Origin: Tubiluchus corallicola | Taxonomy: Eukaryota; Animalia; Priapulida | Direction: 5' to 3' | DNA length: 64,000 nucleotides | Assembly (NCBI GenBank): GCA_030141605.1 | Contig: JAQGDQ010000324.1 | Location: 77,745 to 141,744, forward strand | Shown here: positions 41,021 to 53,658 of the stretch, one piece after another | How the letters are laid out: each line of letters opens with the position of its first letter | Position numbering within the stretch: the stretch's first letter is position 1 | Position numbers and translations under genes: made by a program | Notes under the pieces: generated by a model | Databases searched by the model: none | The model's input: only the letters and a program-made list of their open reading frames with translations | Told to the model about the DNA's origin: nothing

Positions 41021-41685
41021 ATTTTATTCTATTATATTTCGAAATGGGTTTTGGCTGCAGGAATTAACTCCAGGTGAACGTCAATGAAAGATATTGCAAA
41101 AAAGCTTCGAAAATAGATATCTTTTTTTATTATATTTTCAGTTTACACCTAAAGTTAACTAAAATATTAATTTCATTTGCAATGTCTACAGTAAGTTAAT
41201 GAAAGGTAGTCACCAGGTGGTATCTATCAAGTATTGCCGACTACAGGAGGATCAATAGCAGCATTCGAGTAAATTCTCGAACTGGAGTTTAACAATCCGT
41301 CGCTTCAACTGTATTAGTATTCCTTTCGAAGTCATTTACCTGAAACAAGCTATTAGGCACTAAAAATTTCAAAATTAGTAGGTGTGATAGTTTTATGCAT
41401 AATGTGAGCGAATTTTTGCATGCATTTAGTTCCCGTTCGACAGATCAAGACTGAATCACCTTCTAGTGGTTACAGGATATATTCCAGTAGTGCAATTTTA
41501 CGAACAGCCGTTGTCCTGGAGACCTATGCTTTTACTACATGCTAAATTAATGCATGTTGGTGGCTTGTCAGTACATCTAATTAGTAGTTATCTGACATTA
41601 AATTGCTGCTGATACATGCGTATAAAACATACCTTTGTAGCACATTAGTTTGCATTTTGTTTTGTTGCCTTTTAAGCTGCTTTAA

Positions 41686-42352
41686 AGCACAAGAAAACCC
41701 TCCACTTACATAAAGCTGAAAAAATTCGTCTCGAAATTTTATACCACTTACATGCTACCTTTTCGTATGCACGGCTTGCATCGGCCGTAAGGCTGTATAA
41801 AACGTGGAAATTTAAACTCCCGCGGTGACCGTTAGGCGCAGCCATTTTGAAGGTAGGTCGTTTGAAACAAGTTTTGATAATATTAAGTAAAGTTTGAAAA
41901 AATAATCAGAGCATTCGTAGTATACATGTTGCTAATCAAGTATAATTTTAAATTACTGTATTTTGTCGATAAGATTAAAAATACGTTTTTGGCTAGTGAG
42001 TGGCACACCCTGGACGGTGAGTCAGTGACATTTTACCAATTGGCACAAACATTTTAAATCATTAGTCTAGTTACATAGGTCTTTCCAGCAGGTAAGTGGA
42101 ATTCTAAATAAAATAAATTTGCACAGATAATTTAACATTGCCTTTTCCCTGATTTACGTGGCGTAGTGACGTCATGTAATGGCGCTGTCGGAACAGTATT
42201 GCAGGAGATTTAAAATGTGAAAATGAATGAAAATTCCTTTCAACGCGAATACGATATGTGCATAAAATTGCTGTAAAGTAGTATAATTTGTAGGTATTAA
42301 TTACTTAAGGTGATTTTTCTGACACCTACTTCAGGTGCCCTTTTCTTGTCCT
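41686..42352. mobile_element. Family A TTAA-flanked DNA element (Kolobok-like), complete copy
   Basis: ttaa-agcacaagaaaa ... ttttcttgtcct-ttaa; inverted homolog of 6386-7069. Confidence 0.78.
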
Positions 42353-43508
42353 TTAATGTATTGTTGATTTGTCTTTCTACGCCTTATTATATTGCTTGTT
42401 GCTTCACCGAATTAGTAAATTTTATAATAATATGAAGCTTGTTGTTTAAGTAAGTTAAACTAGTGAAATTTTAATCGAAAAATAGTAACAAAGTTGTTTT
42501 TTTGTAAAAAAGAAACATTGATCTTGATTTTTGCTCAATATTGAATTTATTTAACAAGATTTGAAAAGTTACAACATTCATATATTAAACAGTGAATTGG
42601 AGAAAGACTTGGTAAGGTAAAAATGGTGACATAAATGCATGTAATGCTATGATCTGATCTTTTGTTGTATTGTACAATAGGATCATCGTTTAGGTATCCC
42701 AAAAATATAGATATATGAGATACTAATAAAAAGTAACACGTTATTAAAGTCAAAAATATGTCGATTTTTAATTACTAACATGATTTTATTATATAATATG
42801 ATAACTCTAAAACATTAGTCTCTCGCAAGTTGCTAACAGCACTACTAAGTTAACTAAATTCAACAGTAATGTTTTATTAATAGGTGTGGCCGCTCTGGTG
42901 ATCATTATGGTCTTTCGCCACCCCGTCTCAATGCAATTATAATGAACCGTAAGGAATTAAAATTCATCTTCATGACATAAATAAACTAAACAGCAGTTTT
43001 ACAAAATTATAACACAGCGGCATAACGAGGAATTACAAACGTAAATATTTGATTTTACATTTTAGTTTACTATACAATTGTATAATTTCATAAATTATAC
43101 ACGTACATACACATTCTGTTACTGCATAAAGATAAACACAATAAAAATCTTATAGTATAAAACCATCTCTTATACAATAGGCAATGGCAAATTGCAGGTA
43201 TAGATATGTGCAAAAATCGATAAAGACGAATATTTCTAAGTTCGACTTAAATCACATATTTGTGACTGAATCCATTTCCAAAACGTAACTGGGGCCTATA
43301 TACTATCATAGACCTGAATACAATAAACGAATAATTACTTAAATTAAGATTAATTAAAAGCAAAATAAATAAATTTAACATAAAGTCCTAGTACGTAAAT
43401 TAGTCGTGTTAGCATATACTGCTAAGCACATCAGATACTAAGTGTACTTATAGTGAATCTTTCAACTTGAATAAATCATTACAAAATGCGGATAAACCGC
43501 ATTAATTT

Positions 43509-44630
43509 TTAATTCTCCTGAGAATCTTGTAAGTGAACTCTTGGTCCAATTATCTTCAAAATTCCGTCTTCGTAGAGACGAGAAGAAATTCGGTCTACAT
43601 TTACACTTTCTGGAATTGTGAATCTCCTATTCACTTCTGTGAAAAAGCTTCCGTGTTCGTCTTCCTGCTCTTTTCTGGCGTGTACCAATACGACGTTATC
43701 AGCAACCTTCACGCTCACGTCTTCAGGTTTGAATTCAGGCAACTTCACGGTGATGATCCAGTCAGCATCCGACTGCTGCAAAATCGTCTCTTTCTCCTTT
43801 CCTGCTGCCTTTTCATCATCTTTAGATTCGACAGCAGCCTTGAGAAACTGTTGACAAACCTCGCTGTCCTCCTTACATGGAGTAACTAGCAGAGGAGACA
43901 CGGGATCTTCTGGCAAAGTAGAAGTTTCTCTCTTGCTCGTGGAAGCCTCATTGGCAACATCCTTCTCAGTAATATCAACTGGAGTCATTCTTTCAGGCTT
44001 GTTGATCTCCATTGAGATGTCAACGATTGGTATTTCCCGAGTATCATCCACATTGCTTTCTGTGTTCTCCATGGTACTTGCAGTTCCTTGATTTCTGTTG
44101 ACTTTTCGCTCCAATGCTTTTGGTGCTTCTATGGTAAGCACGCCATCAGCCAAAGACGACTTTAATGACTTTTCATCCACGCCATCTGGTATCTGAAGTT
44201 TTTGACTAATTTCTTTGACGAAATATCCCCTATGATTCCTGCATTCCTTTCGGGCATGAACCTTGACCGCTCCTTTTTCTAGTCGAACTTTTATGTCATC
44301 AGGATGAACGTCTCCTACAGGCACGTGCACGGCAAATTTTGTAGAGGCATCAGTAATAGTCTCTGCCGTATCCTTTAGCTGTTCTTTTTGTTGCTGATTT
44401 TCTTTCTTCTGCTTCTTGCCGTAGCTGACGCACGTACATGGCTTTCTCCGTTTTTCGTTGCCGTTGTCGTTTGGAAATCCAGCAGCTGGGCAACTTGGAA
44501 ATCTGAGCATGTCCATGACGTTGTACTCCCGCCTTGGAGTTCGCCTCGGAACAAGGAAGTTCCATGCCATGTCTTCATCTAATGGAAGGATATCACGCTC
44601 AAAAACAGCTACTGGTACTTCAACTCGCAT
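43509..44630 (-). CDS. Small heat-shock protein with two alpha-crystallin domains, 373 aa
   Basis: ACD1 FAVHVPVGDVHPDDIKV...SSLADGVLTIEAP; acidic linker with IPI; ACD2 ITVKLPEFKPEDVSVKV...RRFTIPESV...DGILKIIGP. Confidence 0.93.
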   Translation of the reverse strand: MRVEVPVAVFERDILPLDEDMAWNFLVPRRTPRREYNVMDMLRFPSCPAAGFPNDNGNEKRRKPCTCVSYGKKQKKENQQQKEQLKDTAETITDASTKFAVHVPVGDVHPDDIKVRLEKGAVKVHARKECRNHRGYFVKEISQKLQIPDGVDEKSLKSSLADGVLTIEAPKALERKVNRNQGTASTMENTESNVDDTREIPIVDISMEINKPERMTPVDITEKDVANEASTSKRETSTLPEDPVSPLLVTPCKEDSEVCQQFLKAAVESKDDEKAAGKEKETILQQSDADWIITVKLPEFKPEDVSVKVADNVVLVHARKEQEDEHGSFFTEVNRRFTIPESVNVDRISSRLYEDGILKIIGPRVHLQDSQEN

Positions 44631-44868
44631 CTTGGAAACTGCCCAACTATGTTGATCGAATAAATACTCGCAAAACTTCAGTAATTATCAAACTGTATAA
44701 TAATTAACAATGTCACAGTAAATCAGACCTTTTAACTTTATAAAATCACTTTGTTTTCTAATAAAATACGAAGCTATATAAATACACTATAAGTAATGTT
44801 TGCTATACACCTCGTGAACACTCGTTTTCTCAGTGGCTATGTCTGGCATGCCCTGTTCCAGTAAACGC

Positions 44869-45010
44869 TTATATACAAGCAGCGTCGAATCTGCGGCATT
44901 CTCGAACATTCGATAATCTTCTGGATTGAGCCGGTACTGTCTGCTCAGATCTCGGCTACCCGAAGAGTGTAGCTGGGAACGGGGTAGACAATTCTAGAAC
45001 GTTCCAGAAG
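44869..45010 (-). promoter_or_regulatory. TATA box and two HSEs of the double-ACD sHSP gene
   Basis: Minus-strand TATATAA at about 44869-44875; aTTCt-cGAAc-aTTCg at 44898-44912; perfect 4-unit aTTCt-aGAAc-gTTCc-aGAAg at 44991-45010. Confidence 0.87.
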
Positions 45011-47353
45011 TGCTCAATCGAGCAAAGGTAGTGATTTGCGCAAGACGGGCGAAGAGTCACGTGCCAAACATCGCCTTCACCGCGTTATAAACTCCAGCAT
45101 AATTTATTCGCAATTTTGACTCTGATTGGCTGAATCCTCGTCGCTCATCTTGCATGGATTAATTCGAAATCCTGCCGACGCGCCTTTGTGAATACTCTGC
45201 CCACTCATAATATTAGTAAAAATGAAACAGAACTCAAATTTTTTAAGAGCAAATCAGAAATTGTCGTTGTACATGTCGTTCTTGCAATAATTTTTACTAA
45301 TTAAGTTATACATTCGTGATTTGTCCTATGATGTAGATTTTTGCTCATATTTTTAAAGTAGAAGTTATTTTATAATTTTATTAAGTCATTCTCACTGTAC
45401 TGTACTTAATTAGTTTTTAACTGCAGCTGAATAGTTTTGACATAAGCTCTAAGACTTGCAGTTTGTAGTTGTGTTTTTAAAATCTTATACTGATTTATGC
45501 TGCACGATTTTCCGCACGCTAAACTGATGAAATCTAAACCTTTAATTCGTTTTTCAAATAGGCCATGACATAATTTATGTTAATTGGTACCAGAATTCCG
45601 ACTTGCCATTTATAATGAAGAACTAATTATTGTTGTTTTCACAGCTGAAATACAAACACACTTTTCGTCTTTTAAAGCAAGAAACACATCAGTTGGTACA
45701 TAGAAGGATCTCACAAAAAGAATTTTTCTGCTTTTTTACTGATACAAATACATCTTTCCTCATCTTGAAAAATAATCGCTGACAACATGGCTGATAAAAC
45801 GCCAATAAGCAGTTTTTCTGTTAGTAACCCATGAGTTTAATAGCTAGGCACAGTGCTGCTTAACTTTCGTTGTTAAGTACACATGGTGGTGGATTTCAGT
45901 CAGCTATTCTCCTTGTTCAAAACTGTTATTGCAGTTCAGTTATATATTTTTTAGTCTTTGCTTCTATGAGCTAAATTCTAAGTTATACACAGTATGGCAG
46001 ACGAAGCTACTCAGAAACAATTTTCTTGGCCACCCATCCTTTTACTTACTAACCAGACCTGACGCTGCTTTACCTGCAAATTCTTAGGTATTTTATTGCA
46101 CCCAAATGACCAGCCGTTTATCGAAAGAAACAGATCGATCGCAAAAGGTAAAAATAATTGACCAAATATCAATAATAATCTATTAAATTTTGAATAATAT
46201 CAACACCACAACCAACAAGACCGAATTATTCAGATAAAAAATAAAAAAAACTTGGAACTCTATATTCGTTAACAGATAATATAATTTATTAGTGTAAACA
46301 TCACTTGCAGGAATGAGCTCATATAGAATAAATAAATAAATTCATAAATTTTGCTACACATGTTACTCACGCAACAGCTGTTACAGTAATTTACACGTAA
46401 TTTAAGTTACTATAAATACAAAATATCACTAATTTTGACAAAGAAAAGGTCACATTTGTTTCAGTATTAAAATGAATCACCTTACATGTATGAAATACTG
46501 AGTGGGCCACACTGTACGTTGGTTATATACAAAGTGTTAAGTCTTCGACATCCCTACATAGTTTTTCGTTAACGTCGAGGTGTCGACATTCAAGCACATA
46601 AGCATTTGGGTTATACGTTCAAATCAGAGACATGGGAAGATTACTTTTTCCACGTCTCTGGTTCAAATAAACAGCAATTAATAGATAGTATTTACAAACT
46701 TTGATACATTACACTCAAACAATCATGGCAAAGATGTACTTTCATACAGGCAAAATTTTCATTAACATTCAAAATGGCATACAAAGTGTCACTGTTGAAA
46801 ATTTTACAGTTTAGAACTGCAGTACATATAATTTAATGAGTATTTTGTGCAAACTCTGAATGTTTCCATATTTTTATTATTATTATTTATTTTTTTACAA
46901 AAGATGATTATAAAATAACAAAAAACCATCACTTCTTGAACACGGTAGCAAACAAGTTTGATGTTACACCTAACGTGCATGCCCGAGCCATGGTAGCAAA
47001 CAACTTCATTCTCGCATTAACAGATGGAGCTACATGCTTGGGAATATATACCAAACCAAATTGCTTAAAGTACCCGTGTCACCATCTATTGAAATTGTCA
47101 TCAAATTACTAGCAGTTAATGCAATTTTAATCTTATAATTTCAAGATAGCTGATTAGTAATTGAAAGAACTTACAATTAAAGAATTTTTTATGAATTCAG
47201 TATTTGTGAGTACGCTCCTTCATCAATAATAAACACAGGTATTCCTTTGAAAGACATTTTTAGGTTGCATAATGTATATATTCAAAACCAAAGCTGCTGA
47301 ATACAGAAAATCCACGAGAAAAACTGAAATATCACGCGAAAAATATTACTTAA

Positions 47354-47822
47354 AGGAAAAGTCAAGCCTTCTGGGAATATTCGCGAAAAGTACTAGAGGG
47401 ATTTAGTAAGTGCGGTAAGTGTCTCATGTAATTAGTAAAATCACTTTAAAGTCGCAATCATTTCACAGTTGGGCGCTGCCGCTTTTGAACGTCCATTCTT
47501 CTACCAATGACTCATTCGTGGACTGAAGGAAAGCAGCGCTCTGTAAACTTGTTTCAAACGTATAAGAAACGTTCACAAAAAATTAGACAGAATGCTACAA
47601 GTGACGTGCAGAAGTTTGACGAAAAGTCACGAAGCCACCAGTTATATCGTAATTTTCCTGTAAATGGCAACAGCCAATGAGCCTGTAAATCTCTGCGCAG
47701 CACTAGTATGAATAAACTTTGCTTTATAGAGAATTTTTTTGCAACTTTCTTCGCGTCAATTTTCTAAGTTTAAGTGATAACAGTAAAATAATCCCAACAT
47801 GGTAAGTGACTTGCCCTTTCCT
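47354..47822. mobile_element. TTAA-flanked MITE (Kolobok-like)
   Basis: ttaa-aggaaaagtcaag ... cttgccctttcct-ttaa. Confidence 0.6.
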
Positions 47823-47855
47823 TTAACCTTAGATACTAGTAGTCTGGGTTACTAT

Positions 47856-48220
47856 TAGGGGTGACCATTCTCAACCAGAAAACTAATTCGAATCGAACCG
47901 AATTTCAATATTTCGAATCTGAATCGAATTCCAATTGAGTTTGAAAGATGTTCGAACAAGTTTTCGAATCACTAGTAAAAAGTGGTCTTACAAAGATCAT
48001 GCATATTACTTTATTTTGTTCTGCAGTAAAACCACTATTAGCTTGTTAAAAACTTTGCAGAGAAACTGTAGCTAAGTTCTGTAAATTGCATGCTATTTCA
48101 AACATTTTAATGGTCAAGAATATACGTGGCCAAAGTGCCGAATTATTCAAATCTATAATTTTAGGTTCGAATTCGAAGTAAAAAAACTCGTTCGAATTGA
48201 ACGTTCGATGCTCACCTCTA
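47856..48220. mobile_element. hAT-like MITE (family C)
   Basis: taggggtgaccatt ... gatgctcacctcta with 8-bp TSD gttactat / gctactat. Confidence 0.75.
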
Positions 48221-48688
48221 GCTACTATTAGACAAAAATATCATAGAATCCAATTCATAGCCGTTTTGTCAAAAGCAAGTTAATGCACAGAACTTGCTAT
48301 GCCTCGTAGAAAATGAGTTAGCAGAGCACAGTGTGAACACATCAGCACATTTCAATTTACAAATAAGGAAAATACAGCAATAAATAAAGAATTTAACATC
48401 AAAAATATATTTCTTCAGTGCTTTGTACAAAAATTTATTGCATTCTTGTATCATCAATAAATTATAAAAAATTTAGTCAAGCAACAGAAGTCAAAATCAC
48501 AATAAATTATGAGCTTAAAAAACGGAAGCCAGCAAAACTTAGTGCAGTGCTATGCAAAAATTGTACATCTATCAATAAATAAAATTTCGTCAGTGGCTCA
48601 AAACCTACATTTTTGTGCATAAATTCTCTCGTCTAGTTGAAACAAATTACAATACTTAAATAAACTGTCCAGCATGACATCAAAGCTA

Positions 48689-49111
48689 AGGACCATCCAC
48701 AGATAAAGATGTCAAGTTTCTGGTTACCTACCTTGCGTTATAATGGCGTTATCATGTGCTCTACCACCTACCTAGCCCTTATACTGATATGGATATCACA
48801 CAGATGTAGATTTTTGTACATTTTATTTTTCCTTCTCCCAAGACTGTTCTCCCAACAGCATTACTTGTGTTAGTTAACGGGAAACCATTAGTGGATTATA
48901 CTAGTATTGGCGGTGGAGGTAGTGACAGCCCCAATTCACTGAACTTATTCTCATCGACCCACTCTGCAGATTTCAGCAGAAAAAAACCCAGCAAAGTTGA
49001 AAAAAGCATGGTCAGATATCGTGACTAAATTACTTACCTACCTTGCATTACATCCCCTACCATCCACCCACCTACCCCAAACTTGATATCCTTATATGTG
49101 TGGATGGTCCC
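48689..49111. mobile_element. MITE with TIRs of about 31 bp (PIF/Harbinger-like)
   Basis: aggaccatccacagataaagatgtcaagttt vs aaacttgatatccttatatgtgtggatggtccc; TAA flanks. Confidence 0.7.
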
Positions 49112-51151
49112 TAATTAGTAGGATTAATTTTGCATGCATGAATAATGTTTTTTTAATTGTGCAACAAAGATGTCAATTCCTCTTATTTCAGCAATAAGTT
49201 GTGGAAGCGTAACTCTATTATCTTACTAAACATGTCTTCAAGGCAAATCTACGATGTCTACGAATCTGACGACCCGGAATGACCGAAGGCTGACAGCATT
49301 TCTGCTTCCTCCAGTAAGTCTGAAAATTGGGAATGTAAGAAGTTTGATAGTTTCTCCGTTCTTCCGATGGATCAGGAATGTTTGGTAGCCTTTGTGCTCC
49401 TTGCAGTAGCTTGATGATCAGGAATCTCTGAAGTCTGATAGCCTTTCTGCTCTTTCTGGTAGTCATGACGACCAAGACTGTTTCGTATTCTTTCTGCTCT
49501 CTCAGGTTAGTTGTAACATCAGATCATGCCTTTTCTCACCAATCTTGCTTTCTGTAAAATAATCAAATCGGAATTAATCCGCGACTGCACTGCACAAATC
49601 TTCTTCTACGTTTACTCCCCGATTATTGAGCTTCTGTGGTGACAGCAATTTCTCTAGTAATCTGAGCAACCAGCATTAAAACAGTCGGGAAATCTAATAG
49701 AGTGAGTAGCAGACAATCAATGAATGTTTCTAGTCTCCTTTCCAGTTCATGAAGATGCACCGCTATCACTACCGACAATTAATGAAAATAGTAAAAAATT
49801 TGTAGCATCGAGGGCTGAGTTATGAACACTATTTTTTCACTCCACCTGATCGTAAAAATTCGCTATAATTAATAAAATCATAAAAGCATTTGAAGCTATT
49901 CGAATTGGAATCATAAATCATAAATTGGAATTGCAGAGTAAGATGTCAAAGGTTAGAAAAAGTCAAAACAAAAACAAGTTTAGGTTACAGCTAATTTTAA
50001 AATTATAACAAAAATTACGTAGAATTTCTACAATCTATTAAATACCTGTAATTCTCTATTACTTATAATTTTAGATGTATTTCTACTGCCTAGGAGTTTC
50101 TATTGCGAAAATGAGAATTTCGATTGCCAATATTTCTCATTTAGATGCTCCCCCCTCAGTTTCTATGACATCAATTAATAAGCTGCCATAGCAACTAAAA
50201 ATTGGTAACAAACATGTCTCTATTACATGTCCCTTGCACACAAATGTGCCCTTCAATTTCCAGGCATGCCTGCGTGGAAGGACTAGCCTAACTTAGCTAT
50301 TGTAAAGTAATGAGTCGCCGTAAGTAATTTACACAGTAAGTGTTAAAATATCCCAATTAAAGAACAGTTTCTTATGTTTTAACTTGAAAATGACGGAGTA
50401 AAAGACCACGAGAAACTAGTACCCTAAATCTAATTTTTGGTCGTTGGGTTTTATATGCTTTAGATATGATATATCGTTGTTGCAAAATGGTTGTAACTTT
50501 GTTGTGCTGCATTGCACAAGACAAAGTACGAAGTCACTGAAGTAAAAATACAATAGATGGATTACAAAATTAGCATGAACGAGCTCTGTTTAGAAAACCT
50601 TTAACAAGAAATACGAAAGAATTTATTACGTTCCTCTTATATAAACCACCAAAATGATAACATTTTCCATTCTCCCATGCCCCCAATAGTATTCTACTTC
50701 TCAATTACAGCTTTAATAAATAATATATACAAGTCTATTCAATCATCTGTGTATAATGCCAAACTAAGGTCTCTTTTTATTATTATTTTGATACACAAGT
50801 CGAATTTTATTGTATCATAGACAATTTATACCGTATTTCGATTGTAGTCTCTGTAAAATATACTTAAATTATTGTGTACTAACTTTGTAGTAGTATTTTG
50901 GATTATTTTATACGATCTAATATTGTATAAAAGTTCCAGTTGTGAGTCCTTCTGTGTATCTTTTTAATAACGGCTTGTACTTGTAATTTTAATATTTTAA
51001 CTTGCACTTTGTAAAATTACTACTATAATTTGGACCAGATGCATTTGCCATTAAGCAGTGTAAGTTTTTAATCCTTATTAAGGAATGATGAATTTACAAT
51101 GATTTTAATTGTTTTCATCTGTTCTATCTGGCAAATAAAGATTTAATATAC

Positions 51152-51182
<31 letters not shown>

Positions 51183-51605
51183 CCACTGTGTAGCAAGGAG
51201 GAAAGCAGAAGTGAAGACAAATGTGTGCAATCTTGCTGATTGGGCTTAACTGGCCCAATTGCAGTGCATCCGGAAAGAAGATAGTCTATGTGTCCACAAA
51301 GAGGACACTCGACTCTAAAGCAGGACACGAGAAATTCATCTTCATTGCTGTCAAATTCATCTTCAGATGAGGTTAATCAGTAAACTTTTTTTTACTAAAT
51401 TCAGGTGTTTTTATTGTGCAGGTTCCTTGTCCCGTAAAAGTTCTGATGAAGGAAGGAGCCTAAGCTGGCACGCTTACACCAGCCTATCTCAGACAGGTAT
51501 CGAAAGATGCGGGTCGGAGCTCAGCAGAACAGGTAGCAAATAAATGTATGAATCTAACCTGATCCGGCAGGGGACCGGCCCAGAACACTGCAGTTTAGGG
51601 CTGAC

Positions 51606-51913
51606 CAAGGTCGAATTAGGACCTTTTGGGGTCCCCTAGGCTAATGAAATTATGGCCCCCCTGACAAGGGCCCTTTATCTCAAATAAAGGGTCACAAACA
51701 ATGGTCACTTTTTAAAATTGGGTTTTCAGACCCCTGGGACTCTCTTCTTTAAAGTTGAAATTTTATTTCAAGTTAAATGAATTATTCATCAATGCAAAAT
51801 ATTAACTTATTTTTCAAAAAAAATTATATTTGCACTGCCCGTCAAGCTTCGGGCCCCCAAGCTTCCGGGCCCTAGGCTGTAGCATATATGGCCTATAGGG
51901 TAATCCAGCTCTG
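51606..51913. mobile_element. GC-rich hAT-like MITE
   Basis: Degenerate inverted ends caaggtcgaatta ... taatccagctctg; ggcccc subterminal motifs. Confidence 0.5.
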
Positions 51914-52033
51914 GACATGACACATTTTCAGTACAATATCCTAAGAACAGAACAATTTTTTGTTACTTTCAAGTTCTGAAACCTTGTTCAGGTTGTCTCA
52001 ACATCACGTAAACTTCTTACTATATATTTTCAG

Positions 52034-52227
52034 TATCTCACACAAGCTTAATATGTGGAGACATAGATATGCAAATGGCGAGGTCACGCGAAACCCTGAA
52101 CAGAATGACGCCGCCAGGTGTTAAAAAGCAAAGTAACGAAAGCAAGGCTAATGTAGATGGAACCAACGTCCAAAGGAGTGGAGTTGATGTGCCTGAAACG
52201 AACTGCAAGTGCTGTGCAATACAATAG
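52034..52227 (+). CDS. Terminal exon of a small CaaX-ending protein (...MARSRETLNRMTPPGVKKQSNESKANVDGTNVQRSGVDVPETNCKCCAIQ*)
   Basis: tattttcag acceptor, phase 1, open for 194 nt to TAG, ending CKCCAIQ. A compatible phase 1-1 exon lies at 51422-51496 (or -51532). An internal ATG at 52075 gives a 50-aa MARSR peptide. Confidence 0.55.
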
Positions 52228-52524
52228 CACACAACAGTATGGCAGCGGCTGGAACTAAGTGGAATGTGATTCAATGCATTCATATGAAATATTTTTGTAG
52301 AAAAAAGACCATACAGTATGTTGAGACAATTAAATTTCACCTAGCTATATGAGTACGTTGTTTTTATGTAGATTATTAGTTGGAACAGTTCATTTGTCTT
52401 TAACCTTTATTACGTTTTATTTTAATAAGTTGCAAGTTACATATTAAAGAAAGTAAAATCCGTGCGAGTGGTTCTCTTTGCCACGAACTGAAGTCCAAAA
52501 GGAATTGTTACTTGACCCGATTTG

Positions 52525-52686
52525 GCTCTTTTTAACCCTTAATCTGTCACTAAAACAGTTTACTTGCTCTTCTTAACCATTAACCTGTCACTAAACAGTT
52601 TACTTGCTCTTCTTAACCATTAACCTGTCACTAAACAGTTTACTTGCTCTTCTTAACCCTTAACCTGTCACTAAAACAGTTTCCTT
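52525..52686. repeat. 40-bp minisatellite x4, directly upstream of a TATA box (tataaaa at 52701)
   Basis: Unit gctcttcttaaccattaacctgtcactaaacagtttactt. Confidence 0.9.
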
Positions 52687-53291
52687 GGCCTGCAAAACAA
52701 TATAAAACATGTAATACCACATGCAGTCTTCGGGGTTGTAACAGCAAGAAATCAATTCATGCTGTCTCTTGCAACATGTCAGGTACGACATAGCATAATA
52801 TTCCCATTCCTCTTCTCTTGTGCAGTTTTTCTTAAAATGTGAGCTACTTAATCGACATTGGTGAATACAACAGTTGCGTAGTACACTAGCATTAATTTTT
52901 ACTATAACGTGTATTTTACAGAATGTCTATTTCCAGTAAAAAATTTTTAATTGTCATTATTGTTTATAGCAACTACATACAACTACAGGAAACCTGTATC
53001 AATTGTTTTATTATGCTGTCATAAAATTCTAAACTCGTTACCATGGATTACATCAGTTAGTTCTAGGTTACCTAGGATTCTGGGCTCGCAAAAAGCAAAA
53101 TGAGACTATAAGGTGCCAGAAACTGGCGGCTCTGAGCCTACTAACTTCTCTGGAGCAAGTTAAAGAGCTTTAGAATGGCTTGCTAAGTGGACTACAGACA
53201 GGAAATCACCATTGCTCGATTGTAGGTCGTCAAATTCAAATGTCAACCATAATTTGTTAACTGAAGGAAGGATACAAACTGGACTAGTGGA

Positions 53292-53658
53292 ATGGCTCGT
53301 AAGTAACATTACTTGTCAGCTCAGGTATTTTGTCCACCTAATCTAGTTTACTTTGTCTACGTGCTAACCTTGTCTCTGTCACTTGTACACCTACAGAACC
53401 GTAACCTATAGTTTCACAACTACTTTCAGAAAACGTTTTCACTTTGCAGGAGCTAGATCTACCAGTGGTTCCAGAAGGAGGCGCTCCAGGGGAAGAAGGA
53501 GGTCACCACAAATGCGCCGCAGCAGTCAAAGTGGCAGATCAAGATCTAGACGATCACGAAGTCGTGGAAGCAGCAAGGGTAAGAAAGGAGGCACTGAAGA
53601 CCCAGAAGCGCCATGGCCACCACTCCCTGATCCACCTGGTCCATGCACCCTTCTGTAG
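53292..53658 (+). CDS. RS-rich protamine-like CaaX peptide, copy A, join(53292..53298,53450..53658), 71 aa MARARSTSGSRRRRSRGRRRSPQMRRSSQSGRSRSRRSRSRGSSKGKKGGTEDPEAPWPPLPDPPGPCTLL
   Basis: ggaATGGCTC/GTAAGT donor, 151-nt intron, ttttcactttgcag acceptor, phase 1 restores the frame. Same structure in the paralogues. Confidence 0.8.

Noticed and set aside
49218-49475. Minus-strand ORF ending CLVR as another CaaX family member
   Set aside because: Arg at X is a poor prenylation signal, there is no similarity to the family, and the internal repeat is frameshifted within this ORF.
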